A DNA stretch of 61,555 bases, counting the filler, from Stramenopiles sp. TOSAG23-6 (Eukaryota): the NCBI GenBank assembly GCA_900128565.1. It is 2 parts of 2 records of this genome, joined end to end, with 100 filler letters (N's around TTAATTAATTAA, not from the genome) between each part and the next. Parts side by side here need not be neighbours in the genome. Positions count along the whole stretch, not along the records: positions 1 to 30,741 come from LT635964.1; 1 more part is not named here. One strand, 5' to 3'. This document shows positions 11,001-25,267 of this stretch, piece by piece. The first letter of the stretch is position 1, and each line of letters opens with the position of its first letter. The notes under the pieces were generated by a model. It saw only the letters and a program-made list of their open reading frames with translations. It did not search any database and was not told the DNA's origin. Both the position numbers and the translations under genes were made by a program.

Positions 11001-14000
11001 GGGGCATTTACTAAGTTGAATAGAACTTTGGCAAAAGTAACCAGCTTTACATTTTCCTTCCTTTTCGGCATCTTTTGTATCTCGCTCAATCATTCTACAA
11101 ATTTTTCTTTCACCCTCTGAGTCTTGTACTTTGTGGGTATATTCAAGGCATGCTAACCTGTTTTGTTGGTGGCATATTTCACTCAGACCTGCTTGTGCTT
11201 CACAGGATGCGACCCAAATTCTTTCCGTAACCGACCTTTTAAAAACACCGTTGCAAGAATTTTCTGTGGTTTTACTACTATCATTGCATGTGTTGTTAGT
11301 ATAATCCCATACTCTATCAAAATCTTTCATAAAAGGCCCACCTTTGCAATCTGTCTCTGTAGTTTCATTAGGGTCATTACAAGAAAATACCTTTGTGCAG
11401 TGAGTTGGACACAATACATTTCCTTCTACAATAGTACTGGGACAATCCATAACTTCACATAAACCGGAACAAAAAGCACCTGCTTGACATACATCGGAAT
11501 CATGAGTTTGTGCTCGATTAGGACAGAATCTGCCATCTCTACATGGTCTACAAGTAGGAGTGTGAATTAATGCGCTGAATTTTCCAGCTTCACATTCTTC
11601 ACACTTGAAACTACCATCATCCTTTTGTGTATAATGCTCACCTGGACCACATGTTAAAGCCAACTTTGCTTCACTAAAATCACCTTTACCTTTATCATTT
11701 TCGGCTTGAACGCGTACAGAAATATTTGTCGTTCTGTTGACAGTCATAGTATGAACTACATTAAAAATACGCTCTGCGCCAGAAGAACAACCCCCAACAT
11801 TTGTTTCGCCAGATGCACCAACATTGAAATTGAACCCAGATATCATAGCCCCTCCATTTTCCGGGCACGTATACTTTACTTCAATGGTCAGTCGTGTTGA
11901 TGAGTCAGTTGTCGTGGCTGATTTTATAAAAGCTCTCAATATTGTTGGTGTTTTAGGAACAGTTGCGTCTAACGCTACATTGAATTCTGCCGTTAAATCT
12001 GTCCTTCCTAGACTATTTTCACCCCATGCAGTTATTTTGGCACCTCTAGTTCCCTCTTCAAGTCTAGTGACTGCAATTGATGACCCTGTCTCTACACTAA
12101 GCCACAACTTGTATTCACTTGATGATGTACACGAACAACTAGAATTGTTCCAGCTACATGCCGAATCACTATTGCAATCAGACTCCTCCAAAGAAGTGCA
12201 GCTACATGGCTTATCCTCAAGAGTTGGGTTAAATGTGCCCGTTGTAACATCTCCGCTGCGAGAAGTAGTAATCATGGCTAACTCCCCCATCCGTTTTCCA
12301 GATAAGAATTGTACAAGTAAGTTTTTATGGTCATCATTTGTGTCTGGATCAATATACGCACCTAATTCAAACGCATCGAGTTCAGTGTCAATAAGTGTTC
12401 CACTCAAATCACCATTGATAAATGTGTGAAATATAACATACTTGTCAGATTCGTCCTTTCCAAATGCCTTACCATCTTCGTTCACTCCATACAAGGCTGG
12501 CAACTCGTACACAACTATAGTTCCAGCAGCAGCAATATATTGAATTTGAGGTTTTGTGTATTTACCCACACGCCCATCCGGTTCCCAGAGAGGTACAGAT
12601 GCAAGAACACACACTTGATTATCTGCATCATACGTAAATATAATTCCTGCATCAACACATTTGGAAATTTTTTCTTCAATATCTAAATCTTCTTCGACAT
12701 CTCCGCATTCACCGGCATTGATAGCAAATAGTGAACATTCCTCTTTACAATGATCTTCATTGTAGTCGCCATCGTGTTCTAAATAACAACGACGCTGATT
12801 CCATACATTGTGAAAAAATATTTCAAAACAAAATCGTTAGGTACGAAATTTCGTACAAAAATTAAATTCGTAATTGAAAAAAAAATAAAACAAACATGGT
12901 TTCTCTTCTCCAACATTTAGCGTATGTGTAATAGATTCTTGAGATGATCCCCAACATACATTATAGTTCCTATCTATTGGTGCAATCTTGCAAGAGTTTC
13001 CTAAAACACTTAAACAATTGGACACATTCTGATTTGGACATTTATCTGAACACACGTCATCGACCCATTCACAAGCACTCCCTATATCAAGACAATCACT
13101 ACTGTTTAGGTGTGCATAACAAGGAATATGATATTTTCTTATACATTGTGGTGAAATATTAATCAACCCAATATCGTTACTAGAAAATTCAACTTGTTGT
13201 GTCATTCCTGGGGCTTCAATACCGAAAATAGTATAACTTATGGTAGTGTCCTCAATATCGGAAATTATTGGGGCATCCCACGTAACGGTAATTGTACTGC
13301 GCTCTGCGGTTGTGCTGCTGGTGGTTATTTTTGAAAAATATAGAATACTGTCAACAGTAAACTTAAACTTCCAACCAACGTAGTGATGCAGCGTAGGATT
13401 GAATAGGAAATTTTCTGGTGCATCAAGTATTGTAGACATGCGGTTTGCGCATCCCGATATTTTAGGGCATATTTCTTTACTCATCGTACTACACTGACAA
13501 TTATTTACATCATATGTGTTGCATTCACATGTTTCATCATTGGAATTATATGTACAATTGTCGTCACTTGAGCATTCTGAGACACTTTTGCTCTCACAGG
13601 CACATGTTGTTGAGCATTTACACGATTCATCCCAATGACAACCACCAGTGGTGTCACATTCAGATTCATCATATTGTTCACAAGTACAACTGCAATTACC
13701 AAAACAACGACTTTCAATATTTGAAAGTGATCCTGAAATACCTGTGACAGCTTTGTCACACGGCGCAGTAGTTACTTTGACATATGGCCTTGGCGAAGTT
13801 TCTTCAAAATAGTCAATAATGAAATGCATTTTATGTGTTTTAGTAGGAGAAAGAATTTTGTCCTGTTTTGACCAACCAAACATATCATCAATCATTGGAA
13901 CCCTGGTGATCTGTAAAGGGGTATCTTCTGAAATAGCATTATAAAATTCGTTATCATTCTCTAAAAGTTTATAGCAAACAGACACGTGGTCATCTTCGTC

Positions 14001-17000
14001 TTTATTTTCGCTACTCCATTCACTTAGATCTACTCGATCTAATGTAACTCTAGCTTCTGAATCGTTTATATATTCCAAACGCTCGTCGTGGGCTACCTCT
14101 CTAGAATCTTCGTCACATATGCTATTATTTTGATTCCCCATTGCTGCAATTTCTACATAAGGCATATTATCTTCAATGACATTTTTAACCGTGAATGTCA
14201 AAACAGACGGCCATCCGTCTGCGAAGGATCCTCCAGAATATGTAACAGAAGGTGGTGGCTTTACTGTTATCGTTTTATCTACGATTTTTTTCCCATGTAG
14301 AAAAATCAACTTGGCGAAACTGATAACAAATTGAAAGAATTTTTTCTTCAACAGTTGGTGGCACAACAAATCGACCTGGTTTTAATGCGGTCATTTTTAC
14401 AGCGTCGGTGTCCTCGTACTCAGTTATTCCAGCCATGCTTGGAAAACCGGGTTCATTATTACAATTACTATTCACAAATTTCACGGCTGGTAAAACTCCA
14501 GCAGAATCAAAATTCTCGCCACTGAATATAATTTCGTTGTCATATAGGGATGCTACTTCATCCGCGTCAAATGTTTCTATAGATGGAAGAGTTTTCACTT
14601 CAATGTCTATTCCACTTTGTTCTATATATTGGCCACCTTCAATTTTGATACATATATTATATGTCCCGATACTCACATTATCGCTATCAGCAGACAGCGT
14701 AACACTTCCAGTGTTTGCGAATTCGAAATTTATTTCCCCTTCAATAACTGAGTCGTCAGAGCATTCATCTTCTTCAGAAACGATTTTCACGTATACCGGA
14801 AAAGTATCATCTGGAAAGTTCTCCATTTGGAATAGAAAACTTGTGTCTACATCTTGATACATCACTGGTGTTCTTGATTCTTCAGTATTTCCAACCCATA
14901 ATATATAATCACTTGAATTATCGCTGTTGCCTTCTGGTGATATTTTGGTTTTGAATATCAATTCATTTCTATTTTCATTGAAGTGTGCTGGATGTAATGT
15001 GTTAACTCGAATTCCACTAGTGAACTGAACTGTTATTTCTTCATATGTGTTGCTTCCCTCGATGTAATAAAACAAATTATCAGTGTATGTGATCTTATCT
15101 ACGTCATCATCTGACAATGTTCTAGATTCAAAAAGATGACTCTTTGTAGGCATGTATAAAATATCATCGATGGTAGGTGCGTCTCGTATATCAAGAGTAT
15201 CTCTCAACAATATAAAATCATCAACACTGCATGGATTATCATCAGGAGTGTAACAATAACATATTTGAAAACCCATTCCTGCCACCGCAGGCACCGGTGT
15301 AAGTGTAAATGTCCAGGTGGACGAATCGGCATCGTATACAAGTAATCCTTCAACATGATCAGATGAGTTGTCAGTTACGCCTGATCCTGTTACTTTTCCT
15401 GGTAAGCTAGACTCTGATCTCGAATCATTGCATTTTTTTCCCTTTTGGAGGACCCTCAAATGTATTGATGGAGATGATTCATCTCTCATATTTACATCAA
15501 AAGTTAATTCCGTACTTGCGTTCTTTTTTACTATAGATAAACCATTAATTCCTATCACTCCTGGTTTTACTTTACTGTCATTAAGTTTGGAACAATTACC
15601 CTTTGATCCTACTTTTCCATTTGAATTTACAGCATATACACATAAATGTGTATAATCTATAATAGTACCATCTTGTTCATCTCTTAAATTTGTATTGTCT
15701 GGTATGGTAATTGTAAAGTCAGAACTATCTGCTACAGATAATGGATCACCAATAGCCTTAGCAGCAAGACCCATATCATCTAGTGCTACGTACGCTTGAT
15801 ATGCAGCTACATTATTTTCACTCAAATCAGTTCGCTCTTCCTGGCTAATGATATCAGCAATTTGTTCTTTCGATAAAGCATAATCATATAATTCTGCCAT
15901 GTATAAATCCATCTCTACATTTGGAGCATCTACGAACTCCATTGAGTTTGATAATACATCGTTTATATTTTGGTTTTGGTGTGCCCATAAAGCTAACACT
16001 TGATCTATTTTAGAGATGTTGCCTTTTCCAAATTTTACAAAAAAATTTGAATCTTTGCTTATTGTATTTTCGCCGTATGCAATGCTAGGCATTGTATGTA
16101 ATTTCCCACACCCCTGAGGATGTGCCTCTTGACTGGAAGGACAACAATGCATGAGAGGTAATACTTTATCTGGAAATATTCCATTTATAGAAGTATTCTC
16201 GTTTGCACAACATTCACCATTTTTACCGCTTTTTACATCATCTGAACAGTTTTGTGAAACTTTATAAAATTTCCCGTAGCAGTAGCAATTACAAGAGAAA
16301 CACCAATCAGTATCTTTTGGATTATAAGTATAACTAGTTAATGTTTTACGTTCTACCGATTGCTGTGACTCAAAATTATTGTGTGTTTTACTGTATATAT
16401 TTATATCTCCATTTGCTTTATATGTGATTGCTGTCAAAGAAACATCTTCATCTGATGGTATATCCAAAGTAGTAGAAGTAGTTCGGTCTTTATATATACT
16501 TCCAGGGAATATTTCGCGATTACTTGCATCCAATGACAATGAATCATAATTGGTTTGAAAATGACCAGTGAAACCTTTCACTGTAGTAGCTGTCGTATAT
16601 AATCCATACTTTATTGTTTCATAATTATTTTCAGTTGGCTCTTCAAGAATATCATCAAGACTATTTCCATCCATCATACATAGATGAAATTCAAAACCAT
16701 CGCTTTCACTCTGAATAATAAAGTGATCACCGGCTTTATATTCTTGTTTGGTCCCAAATAACGTACAATCTGTAGTATCACATTTACAATAAGGCTGGCC
16801 GTTAATTAAGAGCCACCCATGCCGTTTTTTATTTGAAGTTAATCTTCTACGGCGTTTCTGGGCTAGAGGTTCCAGATCCTCCTCTATGGTGTTTTGCGCC
16901 CTTCGTCGACCATTCGCGTTCCCGTCCCCGTCCACAGAACAATTTCCTTCACCTCGGCGACACTCGCGGGTCTCTCCATGCCAATGAGGACACACAATAC

Positions 17001-20000
17001 CACCATTGTCTTCTTCTTGTGTTATTTTATATGTCCTTTCATCATCACAGTCCCCACAATGACCATCCCAATGGCCATGACAATGAACAGGCGGCTTTTC
17101 GGGGAAACTACCACTAACATGATTTAATCCCCATGATCTTTGTATACCAATGTCTTCTTTAATACGAAAACCACATGTTTTCCCACTGCTTATCCGGATA
17201 CATTGTAATGCTGCTTTATTCCCGTCGGCATCAATTATTTTATCCTCTATTGTTTCGAATGTACATTTTGATAAAGGAGCTAACTTAAATTTGTCAAGAG
17301 AATCTCCACCTTTGAGAATAATTTTAGCATCACCCATTACAGGTAAAACCGCATTATGGCCAACACATGTGTGTCGCACACCCGGACCTGTACCTGTACA
17401 TTCTGTATTTAATTCTATATTTAAATTTAAATATCTACTTTTAGGGAATTTTTCAGTTTTAATTTTTCGAACAGCTTCGTTCCATGTATCATCGAGATCT
17501 TCTTTTGATAATTGCATTGAACTTGTCAACTCACAAAATGTTCCAGTATGAAATTTACCACGTGTATAGTACTCCTCCATTGGTATATGCATTGGTGAAA
17601 GCAGTGTTATTGCTTCACTAACGTATGCATCTGTAAGCTCATCGTCAGTTTTGATTAACACAACCCCAAGATTTCCTTTGGATTGAATAATGCATGGGTC
17701 ATCATCATAACCAGGAAAACTTATAGAGTTAACATCATTTATATCACAGTCATCTGGATTAAATTTATCCTCATGAGGAGGGGATGGACACAACCGAAAT
17801 GATATAGTAGTATTTTGCATATATTCTTCGACGTCAACGTGTACAGTATTATCCTCATCACATTTACAATATATAGTTTCATTTCCCAAATATAATCTCT
17901 GCCCACAACAAGAAATGAAAGGTTTATACTTATCGTCTGCACTAGTGTCTCCGTCAGAAACCTCTAAAAAGAGACCAGTACCTGATAAATAATCAGTTAA
18001 TGATGGAGCGGGAATATACCCAAAGACACAATTAAACGAAGACTTGCTATTGAATAAAACACAACCATCTTCTTCATCTACATCACATGCCCGTATCGGA
18101 CAAACTTCAAATTGGGGAGTTTGATAATGCCAAAAATCATTATCATTTGTGATTGTAAATATATCTCCATCATTATGCCTTATAGTATTAGGGCGATTGG
18201 GAGGATTGGGAGGGCGATTGGGAGAATACCAGCATTCATCTTCAGGGCAAATAGTTTTTCCATGACTTATAGACGTGTAACAAAATTTTCTGGAATAATC
18301 CCATTGACAAATACTATTTTCAAAACACCCATTTCGATCAGTCAATAAGTTGCAGGGATCAAGGCAGGATTGAATAGTTCTTAAAGCATCCAGTGGCAAG
18401 CATACCTGTGTATCTTCGGCCCATTCGCAACCATTTCCCCCCATCTTACATTTTTCTGAGCTTTTGAAAATGCATTCAGTTGGGATAGTAGCAATATCAT
18501 AATCTGGTGATTGGTAATATTTTCTCCTATGCTCGCAATCTGAATTATAAGGAGCACACCCACCGTGACCATCCCCGTAACACATCTTTGCATTTGCTTT
18601 TTTCAACCTTACCGGAGCCATGGTGATGTTTCATAGTAATTCTTGTGAAACCCGTTCCGAAAGGAGTTCTTTTTTCGTGCGAGGTAGCATCCCCAAGGAA
18701 ATATAAACGAAGCATTCCGGTGCCATTTGCCTTGAATTTACATGAAAATCGTTTATGTTTCGCGAGTTTTTCTGTAAAGGAGATACATTGTGTGTCAGGA
18801 TTGACTGGGCACTCAATTGCATGCTCGAAAGATGAGTATATATTTCTAGATAAACCATGAACTCCCATTATTTCTGCAGTAGTCTCGGGCGTATCATTGA
18901 ATGTACTTGGAAAACTCACCCACGCTAAAAGACTTCTCTCTTTCAAAGTCACGTTGTGATTACTTGGCTCGCTCATTAAAGATAAATTATTACCCGATTC
19001 TCCAGTGAATGAAATGAAATCGCCATAATTATCACTACTTTGTTTAGTATAGCACATAGATTTAGGAACCCAAGTATATGATTCGGTTTCACAATCTTCT
19101 TTAGTGGTAAGAGAACTATCACCATTACAAGTACCATAGTTGCAATTGGCCACACTCAAATGCAAATTGCCGAGAGAATCTTCCATAGTCTTTTCTCCAT
19201 TCCTTTCAAATGTCCATCGACTTATTGGTGGTGGCGGTGCAGACATAAAAACAGATGGATCAAGACGACTTTCGATCGTGCTTTTTACATCTTCAAAATT
19301 AAGTTCTCCCCCAATCTGAGTCTCATCGCCATCTGTATCTGAAAATGTGAGATGACCTGGATAAAGATCAAATAAAATTGAACCGTCATCAATACAAGAA
19401 ATACAACGGGTACTTATCTCTTGACCAGAAGCAGAAAAAACTACTAATACATATATAATCATAGCCGTCAGGTTTACTAGTATTCTCTGGTATATCAATT
19501 GAATAATCAGTGTTTGTGGCAGGAATAATCGTTTTATACGCAATGGTTTTAACGGCGAAAGCAGGGCTATCCATTGCATTCCGAGTTGCAAGGAATACTT
19601 CAAATTTAACAATCCCAGCAACACTGTTATATGTGCTGAAATTGAATGCCCCCTTTATTTGACCCGTGTGCCCATCTAAGTCTTCGAATGACAATGTAGT
19701 CATTTGTAAATTTGAACATTCTCCATATATACTTTTATGCGACTGTGTAATCGCTAAATCTGAGTCTTGACACGCATGACACATTTGCGAATTCTCTAAT
19801 TCCCCACACCCATCACAAGAAGCACTACATTTCAAATCAGTCCATGTTCCTTCTTTCATATTCTCACAATGATATTTCAGATTTTCTTTACTAAATACAT
19901 TGCTAAAACTTTGTTTTATAGCTGCATAGTCTTGATTGGAAAAAGAAACATCACAATATCCTGATCGGATTTCAATAGGGTTTGATTTTACAGTAAAAGC

Positions 20001-23000
20001 TGCGGAGGGAACTTGTGTGACTTCCAATAAATATTCAAGAGGGTTTGCTGCACCCCAATCGTAAGCAATATGTTCATTAATAGCAAGCTTACAGGCCGTT
20101 GTTTCGGTAAAAACAAACTGCACGGTTTTATTAGGTTGTACACAGAATGAACTCCGCCAAGCTTTTGTTACACATACTTCATTTATAAGGGTACATTCAC
20201 TAGTACATTGAGTAGGACTTCGGTTAAAACAAGGATCCCTACATTGTGTTTTACCAGCTATCTCTACTCTATCGCACAAAATGCCTTCAGGACCAGTGTA
20301 CAATACAGGGCATTTGCTTACTGAAAATGCTGAGCATGGATCACATGTAACAAACATTTCTACCCGGTTCGATGCATTTGTGCCCTTGTTTTTCCCACTT
20401 TTTACAACTTTAGTTGAGGTTGCACCCATTGTATGTCCGACAATGTCACAAACCGCATTATTCTCCCCCTCAAAAGTTGTTTTACCCAGTGACGATTTTA
20501 GCCTAAGTACATGTTGCCGGAAAAGACCTGTTGGATTTGGCTTATACGGAGTTTGGAATGTAAAATATAATTTTGTTGGCCGAATGTTAGATTCAATAGT
20601 ACTTAGTTGGGCAATTGCACCCATCTTGATATCGTCTACATCTATATAACCAAGGCACGATCCAACATTTTCGCTGTTTTGGTTTAGAACCAATAAATTA
20701 TTCTCAGTATCCAATGCACATGAAGTGCATGAATCCGCTTTATTGGCTTCAATGCAGGTGTTACACGTTGAATGACACGCGCCCGCAGCAAACACCTCAG
20801 CAGACCTGACAGTAACATCATGGCTTTGTCCCCAATAGAAAGAAAAATCGATGTATTGTTTCTTCTTGATGAAGCATCCATTTGAAGATTTCCTTGGCTC
20901 TATTCCATTTTCGTCAATGTCTACATTATTAGCTTTGCGAATAATCCAGGAATGTTGTTCTGCTTCTGCAGTAAACGATCCGTACAGTGCACATCCCTTC
21001 CAGTAATCGAGACCATATTGTCCAGCACCAGACCCAGCAACATATGCCTGACATTTTGGATTATCATTACATAGTTGCCGACATTCTTCAGATGAAGTCA
21101 CAGAGCCCAATGTAGCAGTTGGATTTGGACAGATTGGATATGGCCTACGTAATAAACCCTTGTATGTTTTTTCCAATGGTACACACGAATTTCCTGTAAA
21201 GCTACAGCATGAATTTTCCTTTGCTGGGATAGATTGGCATATCGAGAATTTATCTACGACACTAGATGAAATTCTTGATTGCTTCACTTCACATGTGTCT
21301 TGATAATCTGAGCCATTTGTACAATCATCCTCGTCTTCCATTTCACATGATCCATCATCACCGAAACGGCAACATCGATCAGCTTCACTTAGATTATTAC
21401 ACGATTGCAATGTTGTAGGATTTCTTTTTGTGGGACATAAGAGATCCACATCTGCGACATTTGTTATGTAGCTCTCGAGAGGGCGCGTAGAGCCATTTAA
21501 AGATATACCTTTGCAAACACCAAGTTGTCCATTACTTGACGCAATATATCCTTCGATACTTTCGTGACTTTTGAACTTACAGTGCGATCCACTTTTAATT
21601 ACAACTTTTATCGGAGCTCCATGTGGGAGATTGTCATTCAGCGATATTGAAATGCTCTCTTCTTTTTCGGCAAGCATACAGTCACTTGAATTTGTGATAA
21701 TCTCATATCCGTACTTGCAGAAATAATAAAAATCTTCAGAACATTTTTTTCTACCCAATGCACTGCAATCTGGGTCATTCATACACTTAGTCTTAGCATC
21801 TTCTAAAGAATCAAACTCTTGGAAGTTGTACTGATGAGGAGCATCATGTATTGTGGAAAAATATTTAAAAAAAAAAATCATTAGATACAAAATGTAGTAG
21901 AAAAAAATATTTAGGTAAAAATTGAAATGAAAACATACACACGACAAATTCATCGATTCCATAAATAAATAAGCTATATTTGCGGTATCAAAATACTCTT
22001 CATCGTCACCATTGACATTCTTAACACTGACGTCACACTGACTTTCACCAATTGGTAAACCTTTACCTTGGCTATCGATAAAAAAGGGAATATTTGCTTG
22101 GGATTCATCACAGGGTTTGACAGTGTAATATTTCCAGCTCAGACCAAAAGATGGTGCATTGGACAGTGATACATTAGAATTATTGAAGACAATACATTCT
22201 TTCTCTTTCGGATTATATAATATTGCATTACATATACTACCCCAATTCGAGCATATATTGAAACAACTTTCAATAGTGGAGTGATTATTTTTCACTTTAC
22301 TTGCTTTACCTTGTGATATTTGTTGTTGATGAGAATTTGAACCACTTGGATGAAAGAAAGAACTCCCCTCAAAACGGGGGCAATTCACATCTACGAATGA
22401 AAACTTTCGTTTATGAACCATAAAATGTATGTTTGATGTATTCTGCGATACTCTGAATTTTGTAGAGATAGTTGTGGGTGCATGATCTGGACCAAATTGT
22501 AAGGAATCCATAAAAACACTCAGTTGACATTTACCTACGATATCACTAACTTCAGTTAGTGACAGTTCCCCATTACAATTTCCACAACGAGTTGCATCAT
22601 TTTTATTATTACAACCATTGCAGGTTTCGTGACAATCATTTAGTCCAATGCTTTGCAACGACTCTCTCTTGTGTTGTTCATCGGTAAAATAATGATTCCA
22701 CTCCCTATAATAACTTCCGCCATTTCCGTCAGAATATTTATGTCTCCATCGAATACCAAGACCTCTGTTATCATCATCGGCGGAATCAATTTCCCTAAAT
22801 CTACAATCACTGTCATCATTTTCGTCTGATTGCATTATAATGGTTAACACTTCTCGATTTTGGGGAAATAAAGCAGTGGTTGAAAATTTGGCCAATATTG
22901 AAACATCTTTAGTGGCTAGATACATCTCTTCATGTTCTTCATCTGGATTAAGTGAAGGACATTTTTCATCATCTTCATCCAATGTTATGAAACCACTCTC

Positions 23001-25021
23001 ATAATTTGATCCAGGATTTGCAATTTCACACCACGTAATATCACCATTATGAAAACATACATTAAGTGTCATTCCAGTACCTTCGCCACCTTTTGTTGCT
23101 ACACCTTGAAAACATTCATTTTGGACGTCATATCTTCCCTCATTATCACCATTATCATCCCGACAAGAAATCAAAGGTACAAATTCTAATTCAGGATTTT
23201 CATCATTTTCAGGGCGGATTTCATTTAAGAGAAATTGTTTTCTTGGAAATGATGAACCTGCAATGTAGGATTCAAATTTACACCTACTCGATTGTTCGTC
23301 GGAGTCTAAAATAGATTGTTCAATTGCTGAAGATTCAGTTACATAAATCTCAGTACTTAAAATGTTTTGATCACTCCGATAATGCATTGTATTATCAGGC
23401 ATTATTGAAATTTGTGCACTTGTTGGAGTAGTCTCTTCCTGTAAAGTGTTAAAAGTTGCCAAAATCTCTGGACACATTCCAACAATTTGAATCGGGGGCC
23501 AATTGCCGTCATGGTAGCTCAAACTACTAACACTCGGATTTAGAAAGTCAATATTACACGCATGACAGCTATGACTATCATGCTGGGCATTGCACGAATC
23601 AAAGGCACAACTTCTTGGGCACCTCCCAGACTCAAGAAAATCGAGGGAGAAATAAAATTCAACATCGTCGTCTTCAATGTTTGCGTAAAATTCCATATTT
23701 GAAGAAGGATTTGAATTCATTGAGCAGATACTAGTGAACCGAATAACGATAACAAGCGTCTGATTTTTATTAACACTTTCAGATAAAGTGATTGTGAGTT
23801 TATCTGAGGAGTCTACAGTGATACATATATTGTGAAAAAATATCTTTTTGTAAAATTTGTTAGGTACGAAATTTCGTACAAAAAAAAAATTCGAAATTAA
23901 AAAAAATAAAACATACTCTCCGCAATATTTGTTTCGTGTGGATAGTTTCCGCGGACATCCAGAATACTGCAGTTCTCAATATAGTCTGGAAATATCCTAT
24001 TTGCAGAATTGCCATTTATATCATGTCTTATGAAGATTTTGTCACCAGCAGATAAACTTTGACTCGTTTCAAACTCGGCGTAGAAAACATTTGGTACGCG
24101 ACCAATTACTTGATTATCAAATTTTACTCGAAAGTTGCCATTATTACCACCATTACCATTATTACCACCATTACCATTATTACCACCATTACCATAACCA
24201 TCACTATCATCATTACCACCACCACCTGCACCTCCATCATTATAATCATTACCTCCACCACCTGCAGCACCTCCATTATCATTGACTTCACATACACCAG
24301 TTGATCCATTATTGTGATTATATCCCACACACTTTGGCTTGTCACTAGGGCACTGGCNCTGTGAGCTAACAGAGGAAGGATAAGACTGTCCACAGCAAGG
24401 TGAACTGGATTCGAAGTCTGCCTGGCAACCTTCATCATCTGCACCTCCACCACCTCCATTATTATTGACTTCACAAGCACCCCACGTATGTTGCGAAGAA
24501 CTTGAACTTTGAACATACCCCGTACACTTTGGCTTGTCAGTAGGACACTGGTACTGTGAGGGAACATTAGAAGGAATAGACTGTCCACAGCAAGGTGAAC
24601 TTGAGGAGTAGTCAGCCATACAATCTTGATTGCAAGCACCCCACGTGAATTCATTTGCATTTAAACTATAAACATACCCCATACACTTTGGCTTGTCAGT
24701 AGGACACCGGTACTGTGAGGAAACAGTCTGAGGAACAGACTGTCCACAGCAAGGTGTAGTTGAGGAGTAGTCAGCCATACAACCATTATTATTGACTTCA
24801 CAAGCACCCAACGTTTCTTGCAAAGAAGTTCTAACATATCCCACACACTTTGGCTTGTTAGAAGGACACCGTTTCCCTGAGGGAACATACTGAGGATCAG
24901 TCTGTCCACAGCAAGGTGAACTTGAGCCGTAGTCAGCCTTGCAACCGACCATTGCATCAACCGCAACTAAATGAATTAAGCAAAACAATACATATATTCT
25001 TCTGAACATGTGATTCGACAT
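5071..25021 (-). CDS. Giant (~6,500 aa) Cys-rich cell-surface multi-pass protein: signal peptide, Cys repeats, PAN/apple-like, FN3-like, many GCC2/GCC3 (CPxGxYC) repeats, EF-hand pair, multi-TM region, WW domain
   Basis: Eight same-strand ORFs are joined by introns at 23825 and 12803 and by five +1 frameshifts; a third intron at 21846 lies in frame inside one ORF. One EF-hand pair (DIDGNGVVGLDE / DTDHNGAISFTE) straddles a break. WW motif WRKSYSRSKDAPYWVNSVTGDIVWSDP. Confidence 0.75.
12803..12895 (-). mobile_element. Introner-type intron, GT-AT
   Basis: AT|GTTTGT...CACAATGT-AT; joins EKPW-NQRRC in frame into ORF 10155..12614. Confidence 0.85.
21846..21938 (-). mobile_element. Degenerate introner-type intron, GT-AT (93 nt, stop-free)
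   Basis: GT|GTATGT...CCACAATAC-AT; reads as a 31-aa F/Y-rich insert. Confidence 0.75.
23825..23916 (-). mobile_element. Introner-type intron, GT-AT
   Basis: GA|GTATGT...CACAATAT-AT; restores AESITVDSS in frame into ORF 19389..23720. Confidence 0.85.
24285..24945 (-). repeat. Four ~50-aa six-cysteine coding repeats (CxADYxSSSPCCGQ..CPxDKPKCxGY..GAC)
   Basis: Directly visible at DNA and protein level; followed by GGNNGN microrepeats at about 24140-24200. Confidence 0.9.
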
Positions 25022-25267
25022 TTTAATAGTTTCTACTGAAGATTCATCAAACCAACCAGTTAGATATTTATGCAAGTACACCGTCGTTTTTTGTCAGTTT
25101 CTGTCAGTTACAAAACCGAAAAACCGCCAATATCTCCATATATTATTTCGTGCACAGCGGATTATTTTTTGTTGTCATAGACACCAAGAAAGAAGAGTAA
25201 TAAGTAGTCAGCTACAAGTCATTATATTATTATAAGCATCGAAACTTAGTTAAACAGTATATCTTTA

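Noticed and set aside
5366-20649. Numerous plus-strand ORFs opposite the giant gene
   Set aside because: Antisense shadows with no recognisable motifs.
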